From contig OY729416.1 in the NCBI GenBank assembly GCA_963422265.1, forward strand, positions 1,056,001 to 1,120,000: DNA of 64,000 nt, read 5' to 3'. Each line of letters begins with the position of its first letter. Position 1 is the stretch's first letter. Below are positions 44,528 to 55,400 of the stretch, one piece after another. This DNA is from Thermodesulfobacteriota bacterium (GTDB taxonomy: Bacteria; Desulfobacterota_D; UBA1144; Nemesobacterales; UBA2774). The notes beneath the pieces are model-generated. The model saw only the letters and a list, made by a program, of their open reading frames with translations. It did no database searches and was not told the DNA's origin. A program made the translations under genes and the position numbers.

Positions 44528-45835
44528 TTACTCAACAGCACCTCTATAAGACCAGTCAAGCAGCTCTACGGGATGAGCGACCTTTACGTTGAGTCCATGA
44601 TCTTTCAGACCTTTTCGGAGTTGAAGAAGGCATCCGGGATTGCCGGCAACTAAATAATCCACGTCAACTTCCTTGACGTTAGATAATTTTCTCTCAAGGA
44701 GCCCTTGCGACATTTCAGGTTGAACCAAGTTGTAAATGCCGGCGCTTCCGCAGCAAACGTCCGACTCGTTCATTTCTATAAGCTCTAATCCCGGAATCTG
44801 ACTTAAAAGTCGTCTAGGCTCGTCTTTTATTCTCTGTGCGTGTCCCAAATGGCAGGCATCCTGATAAGTTACCCTCAAATTAAGCTCCCCCATCTCATCG
44901 TTAAGCCCGACATCCGCCAAAAACTCCATAACGTCTTTTGTCTTATCGCTTATATGCTTGGCTCGCTTGGCGAACAAAAGATCATCTTTAAGCAGACGCT
45001 CATACTCTTTAATAGTGGAACCACAGCCTGCCGAGTTAACTATGATAGCTTCGACGTCAAGACCTTCAAAGGCTTTTATCATACTTTTCGCGAAACCTCG
45101 TCCCTCAGAAAGTCTCCCAGAATGCACGGAAAGCGCCCCGCAGCACCCCTGCTCCTTTGGAACAACTACTTCACACCCGTTCTCACTGAGCACCCTGGCG
45201 GTAGCTTCGTTCGTGCGTGAAAACAAAACGCTTTGAACGCATCCGGTGATGAGAGCTACCCTGTGGCGCTTTTTGCCCCTAGCCTCAATTAACCGAGGAA
45301 GGTCAGAGGAAAGTCTCAGCGAGTCTATACTCGGTAGCATCCCTTCCATCTGCGCCAGCTTGTCCGAAACAATCCTTAGAATCCCTGTTGAATGTATTAG
45401 CCTTCTTAAACCAATTTTTTGATAGAGATTGAAAACAGGCATTATCAATTTTAGCCTTTCGGGATATTGAAAAAGAGAGAAAATTAGAAATCTATGAAGT
45501 CTTTCAAAAAAAGGCCTTCTATGGCGCCTTTCTATTTGAGACCTTCCAGCTTCAATTAGACTTCCATATCTTACTCCCGATGGGCAAGCGGGCTCGCAGG
45601 CTAGACATCCAAGACATCTATCCAGATGTCGTATCAAGGAATCGCCCATAGGTATTTTCCCCTCGGCTGCTGACTTTATTAGATAGATTCTACCCCTTGG
45701 GGAATCAAGCTCGTTTCCAGTCTCCAAATACGTAGGACAGGCGGAAAGGCAAAAACCGCAATGAACGCAGTCCTTTATAATATCAGCATCCGGCTTGTCC
45801 TTGTCATCAAAGGCGGTAAAATTAATCTCTTTCAT
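44528..45835 (-). CDS. glcF: Glycolate oxidase iron-sulfur subunit
   Basis: CVHCGFCLSACPT, CLGCLACEPACPSGV, two CCG domains. Confidence 0.9.
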   Translation of the reverse strand: MKEINFTAFDDKDKPDADIIKDCVHCGFCLSACPTYLETGNELDSPRGRIYLIKSAAEGKIPMGDSLIRHLDRCLGCLACEPACPSGVRYGSLIEAGRSQIERRHRRPFFERLHRFLIFSLFQYPERLKLIMPVFNLYQKIGLRRLIHSTGILRIVSDKLAQMEGMLPSIDSLRLSSDLPRLIEARGKKRHRVALITGCVQSVLFSRTNEATARVLSENGCEVVVPKEQGCCGALSVHSGRLSEGRGFAKSMIKAFEGLDVEAIIVNSAGCGSTIKEYERLLKDDLLFAKRAKHISDKTKDVMEFLADVGLNDEMGELNLRVTYQDACHLGHAQRIKDEPRRLLSQIPGLELIEMNESDVCCGSAGIYNLVQPEMSQGLLERKLSNVKEVDVDYLVAGNPGCLLQLRKGLKDHGLNVKVAHPVELLDWSYRGAVE

Positions 45836-45844
45836 TTCAACTGG

Positions 45845-46648
45845 TTAGCCCTTTCTTATTGTGAAATCAAGTGTTTTGCTCTCTGAATTGTTAAGGACTT
45901 CTCTGTATTGACCTTCACTCTTAAACTTACCACTATCAACCCTTTTTGCTTGAATCTTAAGCTCTATTAAGTTCTGCCTAAATGGATAAGGGCTTAAAGT
46001 ATAATCAAATCCATCCTCTGATTCTATCCTGATGCTTACCTCCGACCCTGTATAATCAATAGGAACACCTGTTATTTCCGCCGACTTCAAACCGCGGCAA
46101 AGCATGAGAGATAGGACGTCGCCTATCTGAAGAAATCTGAGGTTTATACCCACCCGTTTGGGGATTGTTGCCAAATGAGAGTTAGCGTAAGAGATATTAA
46201 GGTTATTAGAAATGAATTTATCCATGCCTTGCTGCAATGATTTTGCCAAGCCATTCACGGGATTTTTACTCAGAACTTTTCTGTTGAACCTAGCAAAATG
46301 AAGTGCTATTAGAGAAGAAGCGTAAGGGTGCTCGTCGGCGTGGGACCTGTAACACCTGCTCCAAATTTCATATTGGTCCTCGGCGCTCATCTCCATAAAG
46401 CTTACGGGATAACTAGTATTGGGATTCAGCTTTGGGCAAGAGTCCCAATCTATCCACCCGCAGTCGTGCTCTTTAATGGCGAAAAGCACCTCGTCGTACG
46501 GATCGGGCAAGACAAACCTATCATTCCCCCAGAATCTCATAACCTCCCATGCAAGCTGGGCGTGGTCATGCTGGGTAATGAGTATCCATCCTTCCTTTTC
46601 TTCTCTTCTTATCACTAATCCGAGACCGGTAAGATTAAATTTATTCAA
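45845..46648 (-). CDS. DUF3891-like protein
   Basis: ITQHDHA...AIKEHDCGW pattern; inside the glc cluster. Confidence 0.65.
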   Translation of the reverse strand: MNKFNLTGLGLVIRREEKEGWILITQHDHAQLAWEVMRFWGNDRFVLPDPYDEVLFAIKEHDCGWIDWDSCPKLNPNTSYPVSFMEMSAEDQYEIWSRCYRSHADEHPYASSLIALHFARFNRKVLSKNPVNGLAKSLQQGMDKFISNNLNISYANSHLATIPKRVGINLRFLQIGDVLSLMLCRGLKSAEITGVPIDYTGSEVSIRIESEDGFDYTLSPYPFRQNLIELKIQAKRVDSGKFKSEGQYREVLNNSESKTLDFTIRKG

Positions 46649-46685
46649 ATAATAGAGGTAATGTCCTAGTCCACCCCTTAGACTC

Positions 46686-47993
46686 TTATATGAACCTTCC
46701 GGGGTTAAGCAAGTTCATAGGATCTAAATTCGATTTTAGCCTTTTCATTAGAGCTGTCCCCGATCCTATGTTACCCCAAACGTCAATTTTTGTCTTAATT
46801 TCCTCAGGTGCTCTCTGAACCACTAGATAACCACCAACGGAGTCGCAGAAATTACGGAGGTGAGTAACAGATTCCAAAAGAGTCTCGTCTTCCCCTTCAA
46901 TCAATATATTGACAATTCCGTTACCCGCCTTCGCGCCCGCGTAAGTCTTTACCTCATGTAACCGCTCAACGGAGTTAAACACCTTTGCCACGTCTTCAAT
47001 AAGAACGCCCGCTTTACATAATGCGCGCCCCGATCCGTCCGAGCCGCCTTCAAACTTTCTTAACCCTAACCAGAACCTCTCCTCTTCCTTATCCCCAAGT
47101 AAAACCCCCCTTCCCCCGTTCTTACTGCATATTTCCTTCACCTGAGATATCTGATCCTTAACGGCTCTCTCTACGCTCATAACCCTTACGGCGAGCGAAT
47201 ATCCATTACTATTCAGATCAAGTTCCGTGCTTTTGGCTATGGATTTCAGAACGCTAGAATTAAAAAAGTCGAGCGAGGCAAGGACAAGATTAGAATTCAT
47301 TATTGAGATTACTGTTTCCTGACATTTATCGGCAGAGACAAAACTTGCCAGATAGGTTCGTGAGTATTCTGGGATCGGGTATAACCTAAAAGTCGCTTCA
47401 ACAATAATCCCTAGCGTTCCTAACGAGCCAACATAAAGCTTGGGAAGATCATAACCGGAGACGTTCTTAACCACCTTGGATCCACCCTTAAATAAACTCC
47501 CGTCCGCCCTTACTACCCTTAAACCTATTAAAAGCTCTCTCGCAGTTCCATATCTTAACCTAAGAGAACCGCTATCGTTCGTAGCGATTATACCCCCAAG
47601 CGTGGTTTTATACCCATGAGAAGGATCAATAGGCAAAAACTGATTCTGCTCTTTAAGCACGTCCTGCAATTTATCAAGCGTAATCCCACACTCCGCCGTA
47701 GCGGTCAGGTCCGACGCCGCATGTTCAACCACCGCGTCAAGCTTCTCTGTGCAAAGTATAAGATCAGCCCTATCGGGATTGTTGCCGAGCCCCATCTTCG
47801 TCCCTGAGCCGCGCGGGATTACCGCTAGGGATTCTCGCGACGCAAATCTCATAACTTCCGAGACTTGCTCAATATTCTGAGGAAGGACAACAACTAGGGG
47901 TTTTGAAACGCCAAGGACCAAACATCCGCTCTCAATTGAGACGTTATCATTGCCCAGCATAGCTGATAAACTATTGATTAAGGAATCAGACAT
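46686..47993 (-). CDS. glcE: Glycolate oxidase FAD-binding subunit
   Basis: TLGGIIATN, KVVKNVSGYDLPKLYVGSLGTLG. Confidence 0.85.
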   Translation of the reverse strand: MSDSLINSLSAMLGNDNVSIESGCLVLGVSKPLVVVLPQNIEQVSEVMRFASRESLAVIPRGSGTKMGLGNNPDRADLILCTEKLDAVVEHAASDLTATAECGITLDKLQDVLKEQNQFLPIDPSHGYKTTLGGIIATNDSGSLRLRYGTARELLIGLRVVRADGSLFKGGSKVVKNVSGYDLPKLYVGSLGTLGIIVEATFRLYPIPEYSRTYLASFVSADKCQETVISIMNSNLVLASLDFFNSSVLKSIAKSTELDLNSNGYSLAVRVMSVERAVKDQISQVKEICSKNGGRGVLLGDKEEERFWLGLRKFEGGSDGSGRALCKAGVLIEDVAKVFNSVERLHEVKTYAGAKAGNGIVNILIEGEDETLLESVTHLRNFCDSVGGYLVVQRAPEEIKTKIDVWGNIGSGTALMKRLKSNLDPMNLLNPGRFI

Positions 47994-48007
47994 GGGCTAA
48001 TAATAGA

Positions 48008-49495
48008 TCAGTACATATCCCCCAAACCTGCTTTTTGTATAGGATGCTCTCTATATGATTTGGTTCCGGGCTCTACGCAAGTTCGCGGGGTTGGAAAAAC
48101 CTTGCCAGGATTGCATAGCCCCTTATAATCAAAGGTGCATCTGATTAGATTCATGGTATCAAGGTCCTCTTCATTAAACATAAGAGACAAGAACCTCTTC
48201 TTATCATATCCGACCCCATGCTCTCCTGTAATGCTTCCTCCGGAATCAACGCAAACTTTCAATATATCACCCGCGAGTTCAAGGGCTTTTCCGGTCTCAC
48301 CCTCATTTGAAGCGTCGTAAAGCACAAGTGGGTGAAGGTTACCATCTCCCGCATGAAACACGTTAGCTACTTTAAGACCGTATTTCTTGCTCAGTCCTTT
48401 GATTTCTTCCAGAACCTTAGCGAGTTTGCTCCTCGGTATAACGCCGTCCTGGACGTAATAATCCGGGCTAATGCGTCCCATAACTGGAAAAGCACTCTTT
48501 CTACCCTTCCAAAAAAGGTTTCTTTCCTTATCGTCTTTGGCAACCTTTACCTCAAGAGCATTGTTTTGTCTAAGAACTTCCATGACTATAGGAGTCTCGG
48601 CATTCACTTCGGCGGTCGGACCATCCAGCTCAACCAAAAGAATAGCCCCAGCGTTTACTGGGTAGCCAGCACCTACGACTTCTTCCACGGATTTAAGGCA
48701 TAGACCATCCATAATTTCCATACCCGCCGGTATTACTCCCCTTGCGGTTATTCCTGAAACGGAAGCCCCAGCCTGCTCAATCTTATCGAAGGAAGCTAAA
48801 AGGGTTTTTATGGATTCAGGTCTCTTTACAATTCTCAAAGTTACCTTCGTTACTATTCCCAAGAGACCTTCCGAGCCTACTATAAGACCAAGCAGATCGT
48901 ATCCGGGGTTATCGAGAGTTTTACCTCCCAACTCAATTATTTCGCCGTCTGGGAGAACAATCTCTACGCCCAGAACGTGATTTGTGGTTACTCCATACTT
49001 GAGACAATGCACACCACCTGAGTTCTCCGCCACGTTACCCCCTATAGTGCAGACGATCTGGCTCGAGGGATCAGGAGCGTAGTAATAGTCGTTAGCACTC
49101 ACCGCGTTTGTAACCCAGATATTTACCACGCCGGGCTCAACTACGACGCGCTGGTTAGGTATATCCACCTCCAGAATCTTATTCATGCGGGTTAGCGAAA
49201 TCACAATACCCTCTTCGGTGGGAAGCGCCCCTCCAGAAAGACCCGTCCCCGCCCCTCTGGGCACGTAAGGAATTCCCTCTTCATAGCAAAGCTTTATGAC
49301 GTTAGAAACTTCTTTGGACGTCTTAGGAAGAACTACGAATATAGGCTTTACTCTATAACCAGTAAGTGCGTCGCTGTCGTATGCTATAAGCTCGTCCTCA
49401 TAAGATATAACGCCGTCGGCGCCAAGTATGTGAACTAGCTTGCGCTCAAATTCCCTTTTCCAAGTTGGCGATTTTGTTTTTTGTTGAGATGACAT
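48008..49495 (-). CDS. glcD: Glycolate oxidase subunit GlcD
   Basis: PRGAGTGLSGG, PDPSSQ, HAGDGNLHP, GEHGVG. Confidence 0.92.
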   Translation of the reverse strand: MSSQQKTKSPTWKREFERKLVHILGADGVISYEDELIAYDSDALTGYRVKPIFVVLPKTSKEVSNVIKLCYEEGIPYVPRGAGTGLSGGALPTEEGIVISLTRMNKILEVDIPNQRVVVEPGVVNIWVTNAVSANDYYYAPDPSSQIVCTIGGNVAENSGGVHCLKYGVTTNHVLGVEIVLPDGEIIELGGKTLDNPGYDLLGLIVGSEGLLGIVTKVTLRIVKRPESIKTLLASFDKIEQAGASVSGITARGVIPAGMEIMDGLCLKSVEEVVGAGYPVNAGAILLVELDGPTAEVNAETPIVMEVLRQNNALEVKVAKDDKERNLFWKGRKSAFPVMGRISPDYYVQDGVIPRSKLAKVLEEIKGLSKKYGLKVANVFHAGDGNLHPLVLYDASNEGETGKALELAGDILKVCVDSGGSITGEHGVGYDKKRFLSLMFNEEDLDTMNLIRCTFDYKGLCNPGKVFPTPRTCVEPGTKSYREHPIQKAGLGDMY

Positions 49496-49677
49496 AGCAT
49501 TCAGTTAAATACTTAGCTAGCGATACTGTAATCTCACCTTGAATGCCAATACTACTGATACTAAATTGGACTATGGATAAGCAACAACTCACCCTATAAC
49601 ATTCAAATTATACTCAATTACAATTGATATAACAGGAATTGTTGAATAGAATTTCAATTGGGCAGGTTGATGATCCT

Positions 49678-51069
49678 ATGCTCACAAAGGAACAAATCAG
49701 CTACTACAAAAACCGGAGTAATGGAGAGTTGGCACGATTTGTTAAAACCAACTCAGATAATAAAAGTATTCTCTTTATCTTAAAGAATCTCGGGCATCTC
49801 CCCCAACATTTTGATGATGCTTGGATAGCCCCCTTGCTTTCAAGTTGCAATCAAAAAATCCGTCTCTGGTCCGCAAAAACCTTGGGAAAGACAAGGAAAG
49901 AGAAAAATGTGCAGATACTACTAAGAACGGCGTTGCAAGATGAATCGACGGAAGTGAGACGCGAAGCGGTTTCTTCAATAGGAAGGCTAAAAACGGAGAT
50001 GATTATTCCCGTCTTGCTTGAGTTTCTGGATGACGGCGACCCAAAAATCGTTCTGCAGGCAATCAGAGGACTTTTGACTTTTAAGAAAAACGCGGACGTA
50101 AGCGAACGGCTTAAATCCTTGCGCAATCACCCAAATGAAACGATTCAAAAGTTAATCGAAAAAGAATACTTTACGTCAAGTTCAGCACCCCGCGTTCCAA
50201 TACAAGCGCATAGAGATTCTTATGGCTTTTTGAAAAACGTAGTAGTTCTTGGGGACGTCCGAGAGGCATTAAGTTACGTTCCAGATGAAAGTCTTCACCT
50301 TACCTTTACTTCTCCACCTTATTATAATGCAAGGGACTATTCAATTTACAAAAGCTACCAGGAATACTTAGGCTTTCTCGAGGAAGTATTTCATCTCACT
50401 TATCAGAAAACAAAGGAAGGGCGTTTTCTGATAGTTAACACTTCGCCGATTATTATTCCGAGGGTTAGCCGTCAGCATTCCAGCAAGAGATACCCCATTC
50501 CTTTTGATGTCCATGGTCTCCTAGTCAAAATAGGCTGGGAATTTATCGACGACATCGTATGGGAAAAGCCGGAAACAAGCGTAAAAAACAGGAACGCGGG
50601 GTTCTTACAACATCGCAAGCCTTTGGCATATAAACCCAATGCCGTAACTGAGTACTTGATAGTTTATAGAAAGAAGACCGATAAACTGATAGATTGGAAT
50701 ATAAGACAATACGACGGAAAAACCGTAAACGAGAGTAAAATTGAGGATGGATACGAGACTTCAAACGTTTGGAGAATAGACCCCAAGCACGACAAGGTTC
50801 ATTCAGCGGTGTTTCCCGTCGAGTTATGTGAAAGAGTCGTAAAATACTACTCATTCAAAGGGGATTTAGTCTTTGACCCGTTCGCTGGCAGTGGGACGTT
50901 TGGCAAAGTGGCAAAAAATCTCAGTAGGTTTTTCTTTCTCGCAGAAAAAGAGCCGAAATACTTTAATTACATGAAGACAATTCTCACCACAGGAAATATG
51001 TTTGAGGAAGAAAAATCTAAAAGTAATTTTTTGACGCTTAATGAGTTTATAAAGAGTGTGAACAATTGA
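49678..51069 (+). CDS. Site-specific DNA methyltransferase (beta-class, probably m4C) with N-terminal HEAT repeats
   Basis: HEAT-like helices (IRLWSAKTLG; VRREAVSSIG; IVLQAIRGL); TSPPYY precedes DPFAGSGT. Confidence 0.88.
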   Translation: MLTKEQISYYKNRSNGELARFVKTNSDNKSILFILKNLGHLPQHFDDAWIAPLLSSCNQKIRLWSAKTLGKTRKEKNVQILLRTALQDESTEVRREAVSSIGRLKTEMIIPVLLEFLDDGDPKIVLQAIRGLLTFKKNADVSERLKSLRNHPNETIQKLIEKEYFTSSSAPRVPIQAHRDSYGFLKNVVVLGDVREALSYVPDESLHLTFTSPPYYNARDYSIYKSYQEYLGFLEEVFHLTYQKTKEGRFLIVNTSPIIIPRVSRQHSSKRYPIPFDVHGLLVKIGWEFIDDIVWEKPETSVKNRNAGFLQHRKPLAYKPNAVTEYLIVYRKKTDKLIDWNIRQYDGKTVNESKIEDGYETSNVWRIDPKHDKVHSAVFPVELCERVVKYYSFKGDLVFDPFAGSGTFGKVAKNLSRFFFLAEKEPKYFNYMKTILTTGNMFEEEKSKSNFLTLNEFIKSVNN

Positions 51070-51977
51070 CGCTTACAAAACAGGTTACAAAGAGCATCAT
51101 CAAAAAACTCCTCAAGGGCGAGGACTACAGAATAGAAGTAATTACCCTTATAAACGCCGAATTTTTGCAATTTGCGATAGGATTTTTCAAGAAGGTGATC
51201 GATTCAAAGCTGAATAATCAAGGGGTAACTATTGATTGGTATAAAAGGGAATTCCTTGCCCCTGCACTTCCCAAAGAAGACATAGCGATAAACTCCGGGC
51301 TAAACATGAAGACTATAAGCAATATGTTTAATTCGGCAAGAAAAGAGATAGTTATAGACGCCTCAAATAATCACTATGACGCTTTGTATGAATCAATTAA
51401 GGGTCTTGTAGATTCAGAGGAAGACCTTGATCTGACACTGACGCTAAAGTTTCAGGGCGTAAGCGTGGATTTGAACGTAAGTGAGACCCTAATAATAATT
51501 AACACGCTTGCCGTTAAAAGAGCGGCGTTAAGGGGTGGGTTCTGGAGTACTGCCGGCAAGAGAGTAGAGAAGCCACTAATGGAAACCTTATGCAAATTAT
51601 ATGAGGTTCCCGATGAGAATTATAAGTTTGAATTAAAGGGTGCAGATGGAAAAAAAGATTTTACGCGTGAGATTGATTTTTACTTAACCAGGGATAACTC
51701 AAACTATAAATGTGAAGTAAAACTAATGGGCAAGGGCAATCCCGAAAGTGCAGACGCGGTTATCGCAAGAGATAGTAAAGTCTTTATCGCTGATAAACTG
51801 TCCGATACCAACAAAAACCAACTTGATAGCCTAAGCGTGGAATGGGTTGAATTAAGAGCCACCAATGGCTTTCAAAAGTTTAAGACGTTACTAGAAAATC
51901 TTGAAATACCTTTTAGGGATATTGATTTAGAAAACCTCGAAGCTGACGTTGAAAGAATATTTAGTGAGATTTTTTAG
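51066..51977 (+). CDS. Type II restriction endonuclease, CfrBI-like family
   Basis: INTLAVKRAALRGGFWSTAGKRVEK; EIDF...CEVKLMG PD-(D/E)xK core; overlaps the MTase stop. Confidence 0.75.
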   Translation: MTLTKQVTKSIIKKLLKGEDYRIEVITLINAEFLQFAIGFFKKVIDSKLNNQGVTIDWYKREFLAPALPKEDIAINSGLNMKTISNMFNSARKEIVIDASNNHYDALYESIKGLVDSEEDLDLTLTLKFQGVSVDLNVSETLIIINTLAVKRAALRGGFWSTAGKRVEKPLMETLCKLYEVPDENYKFELKGADGKKDFTREIDFYLTRDNSNYKCEVKLMGKGNPESADAVIARDSKVFIADKLSDTNKNQLDSLSVEWVELRATNGFQKFKTLLENLEIPFRDIDLENLEADVERIFSEIF

Positions 51978-51991
51978 AAGGGAGCTTATGA
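51918..51991 (+). repeat. 74-bp direct repeat, copy 1 (3' end of REase gene plus downstream RBS/ATG)
   Basis: 70/74 identical to 59846-59919. Confidence 0.9.
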
Positions 51992-52231
51992 CTCTGACAG
52001 AGTAAGTAGTTGTTTTTTTATCTGGATAGCTAATCGGCCTCACCCTAAGAGCACTATGGGCGAATATCTCAGATGGGGTCGCTTGAACAAATTAAAGAGT
52101 GGTATCCCCGATCGGGGTCAGGGACATGATCATCTAGTAGCCTCTACAGGTCGTTTCAGCTTGACGGAGGCATCCATAAAAATATATATTTGACGCGCCT
52201 ACGTTTATATACGTAAGGGAGAGATGAAAGT

Positions 52232-52462
52232 ATGGAAGCTAAAGTCAAGAAATGGGGTAACAGTCTTGCCCTACGTATTCCTAAACCCATTGCCCGCCAG
52301 ATTGGTCTCGAACCTGATTATCTAGTTAGGCTGTCCCTTCGCGGCGCAGACTTGACTATACCGCCTGTGCAACGTCCCAATGCTCAACTATATGCCCTCT
52401 TAGCAGGCGTAACAGAGCCTAATTTACACGGTGAAATAGATACCGGACCTGCGGAAGCATGA
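52232..52462 (+). CDS. AbrB/MazE-family antitoxin-like DNA-binding protein, no toxin partner
   Basis: KVKKWGNSLALRIPK...LLAGVTEPNLHGEIDTGP. Confidence 0.85.
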   Translation: MEAKVKKWGNSLALRIPKPIARQIGLEPDYLVRLSLRGADLTIPPVQRPNAQLYALLAGVTEPNLHGEIDTGPAEA

Positions 52463-55400
52463 ATAAAACTTCCGCCAAGGATTTAGTAAAGCGAACGCTA
52501 GAGCATTCTTTTGACAAAGGGCGCTTTGCTTATTTAGTTAAGAATATCCTTAACCATGTTGACGAAGACTCTTTCACCTACCAAGGCAATTTAATATTTG
52601 ATGACTTTGACGATTCTATAGCGAAAGTAGAACGCACAAGCAAATATACTGACCCACAAGATAGACTCCTCGACATTCTGGTTGTCCACCTTAAAAAAGA
52701 AACCTCGCTTGAGCGAGCGCGGACGATGCAAAGAAACTTCGTCGCCAAATACCTTAATGGTAGTCGGGGCGGAGTATTAAAAGACGCCGCGCTTGTAGCG
52801 TTCGTAGCGCCTAATGGTGAAGATTGGCGTTTCTCCTTTGTCAAGATGGAATACAGGTTAGATGAAAAGGGTAAAGTAAAAGAAGAGTTCACTCCCGCCC
52901 GCCGTTACTCATTTCTAGTAGGTAAAAACGAACATAGCCACACTGCCCAGAGCAACCTCTTGCCTCTGCTTTTGAACGATGAAGCGAAACCCACGCTCGC
53001 ATACATAGAACAAGCCTTTAGCGTAGAGCGGGTTACGAAAGAATTCTTTGAAAAATACAGAGAGCTTTACCTACATCTTAAAGAGGCTTTGGATGAGATT
53101 GTAGAGAAAGACCCAAAAATAGAAGCGGACTTTGAAGGCAAAAGCGTAGATACCGTTGATTTCGCTAAAAAGCTTATGGGTCAGATTGTTTTCCTTTACT
53201 TTCTACAAAAGAAGGGATGGTTTGGGGTGGCGAGAGGAAAAGAATGGGGTGAAGGCAATAAGCAGTTTTTGCGACACTTGTTTCCAAGGGCGCAGGAAGA
53301 AGATAAGAACTACTTCAATAGATTTCTAGAGCCATTGTTCTACGAGGCTCTACGATTAGAGCGTCCCAAAGACTATTATGATCAGTTTGAATGTCGTATT
53401 CCGTTCTTAAACGGTGGGCTTTTTGATCCTATAAACGATTACGATTGGCAAGATACGGATATAGAGATACCGAATGAGATTTTCAGTAATAATGAATTAA
53501 CGAAAGAAGGGGATACAGGAAGCGGGATTTTAGACGTTTTCGACCGTTACAACTTCACTGTCAAGGAAGATGAACCACTAGAGAAGGAAGTGGCGGTTGA
53601 CCCTGAGATGCTCGGAAAGGTCTTTGAGAATCTCCTTGATATTAAAGACCGAAAGTCCAAAGGGACTTACTACACGCCGCGTGAGATTGTTCATTACATG
53701 TGTCAAGAGAGCTTGATCAATGCGTTACACGTTAATCTTGATGGAATTATTCCTATAAATGACTTGGAAGCGCTTATAAAACATGGTGATGCTTTTATTG
53801 AGCATGAAGAGACCCGTATTGAAAAAATTGCTAATAGAAAGGCTAAGGATGCAGATTACAAAGGAAGTTACAAGAGGCGGCGGCTTCCAGCTAGTATTGA
53901 AGAATATGCTGAACTTATAGATGATGAACTAGCTTCAATGCGTGTATGTGACCCGGCAGTGGGAAGTGGCGCATTCATAGTGGGCATGATGAATGAGATA
54001 ATAAGAGCAAGAAGGACGCTCGCATCATATATTGACGTGAACAAAGAAGACGCATCTTATCGCTTCAAACGTCACGCAATACAGCACTGCCTTTACGGTG
54101 TAGATATAGATCCCGGAGCGGTAGAAATCGCTAAGCTCAGGTTGTGGTTATCGCTGGTCGTAGATGAGGAGGATAGGGGGAAAATAAAACCTTTGCCCAA
54201 TCTGGACTATAAAATTATTCAAGGTAATTCTCTTTTAAGCGTTGAGAAAGACCTTTTCAACCAAGAGCTGTTTAACCAGCTTGAGAAATTGAAACCGCTT
54301 TACTTCAATCAAACTAATCCAAAGGACAAACAAAAGTATAAAAACCAGATAGATGAACTCATTAGTCATATTACCAAAGGACATAAGGAGTTTGATTTTG
54401 AGGTTTACTTTTCAGAAGTTTTCCATGATGAAAAGGAAGGCTTCGACGTGGTAATAGGCAATCCACCGTATGTGGTGACCAAAGATAATCAGTTGAGGGA
54501 ATTATACAAAGAAGGTATCTACGGTCGGATGAACACCTACGGACTGTTTATCCAGCGCGGCCTGCAATTGGCGCGTAATTTGGGGCAACTGTGCTTCATC
54601 ACCCCAAGAACTTTACTTACAGATAGGTACTTCAGTAATCTCCGCAAAGCTATCAAGAGAAAATCTGAATTAAAGGGCATCGTGCTAATTGCGGACCGGT
54701 ATAACACTTTTGAGAGCGTTTTGCAGGAGTGCATTATTCCGCACCTGGTCAGAAAGCAGACGCCATCCTTGCAGTACGCAGTGAACGCGCGCACCATCTC
54801 AGTACCGACTGACCTCAATGACCCGCAGGCTGCATTTTCGGTAGGTTCGGACCGGGTCCTGCTGGGGAATGAGTTTGACGGGACTTTCTACATAGGCAAT
54901 TCCGAGTTTGATTATCAAGTGTTCGAGCGGATTAACGAGATGGGTGTGAAACTGTCGGCTTTCGGACTCAAGGCCGAGACCGGCAAGATACAATTTGACA
55001 AGTGCCGGGAGTATGCTCAGCCGGACAATTCCAACGATGCGTGCCGGCTGATTTGGGCGGAAAACATACAGCGTTACATCTGTCGGGAATCCCGTCACCG
55101 GGTCGGCAAAGAATGGCTTTCAAAGGCTATCAGATCAGCAGTACGTCCAAATATTACCGGTTTGGGGATTGTGATTCAGCGTATTACCGCCAACGAACAG
55201 CCACGGCGAATCATTGCCACACTGGTAACTCCTGAATACTTTAGTTCGGAAAATGTATACTCTGAAAACCACACGAACTTTATACAGATTAGCGGTCGTG
55301 TAAACAGTGCTTTTTTGTTGGGGGTTCTCAATTCCAGCTTAACAGAGTTCGTGTTCAGAAGATTGAACAGCAATACACAGGTATCAGCGGGAGAATTAAA

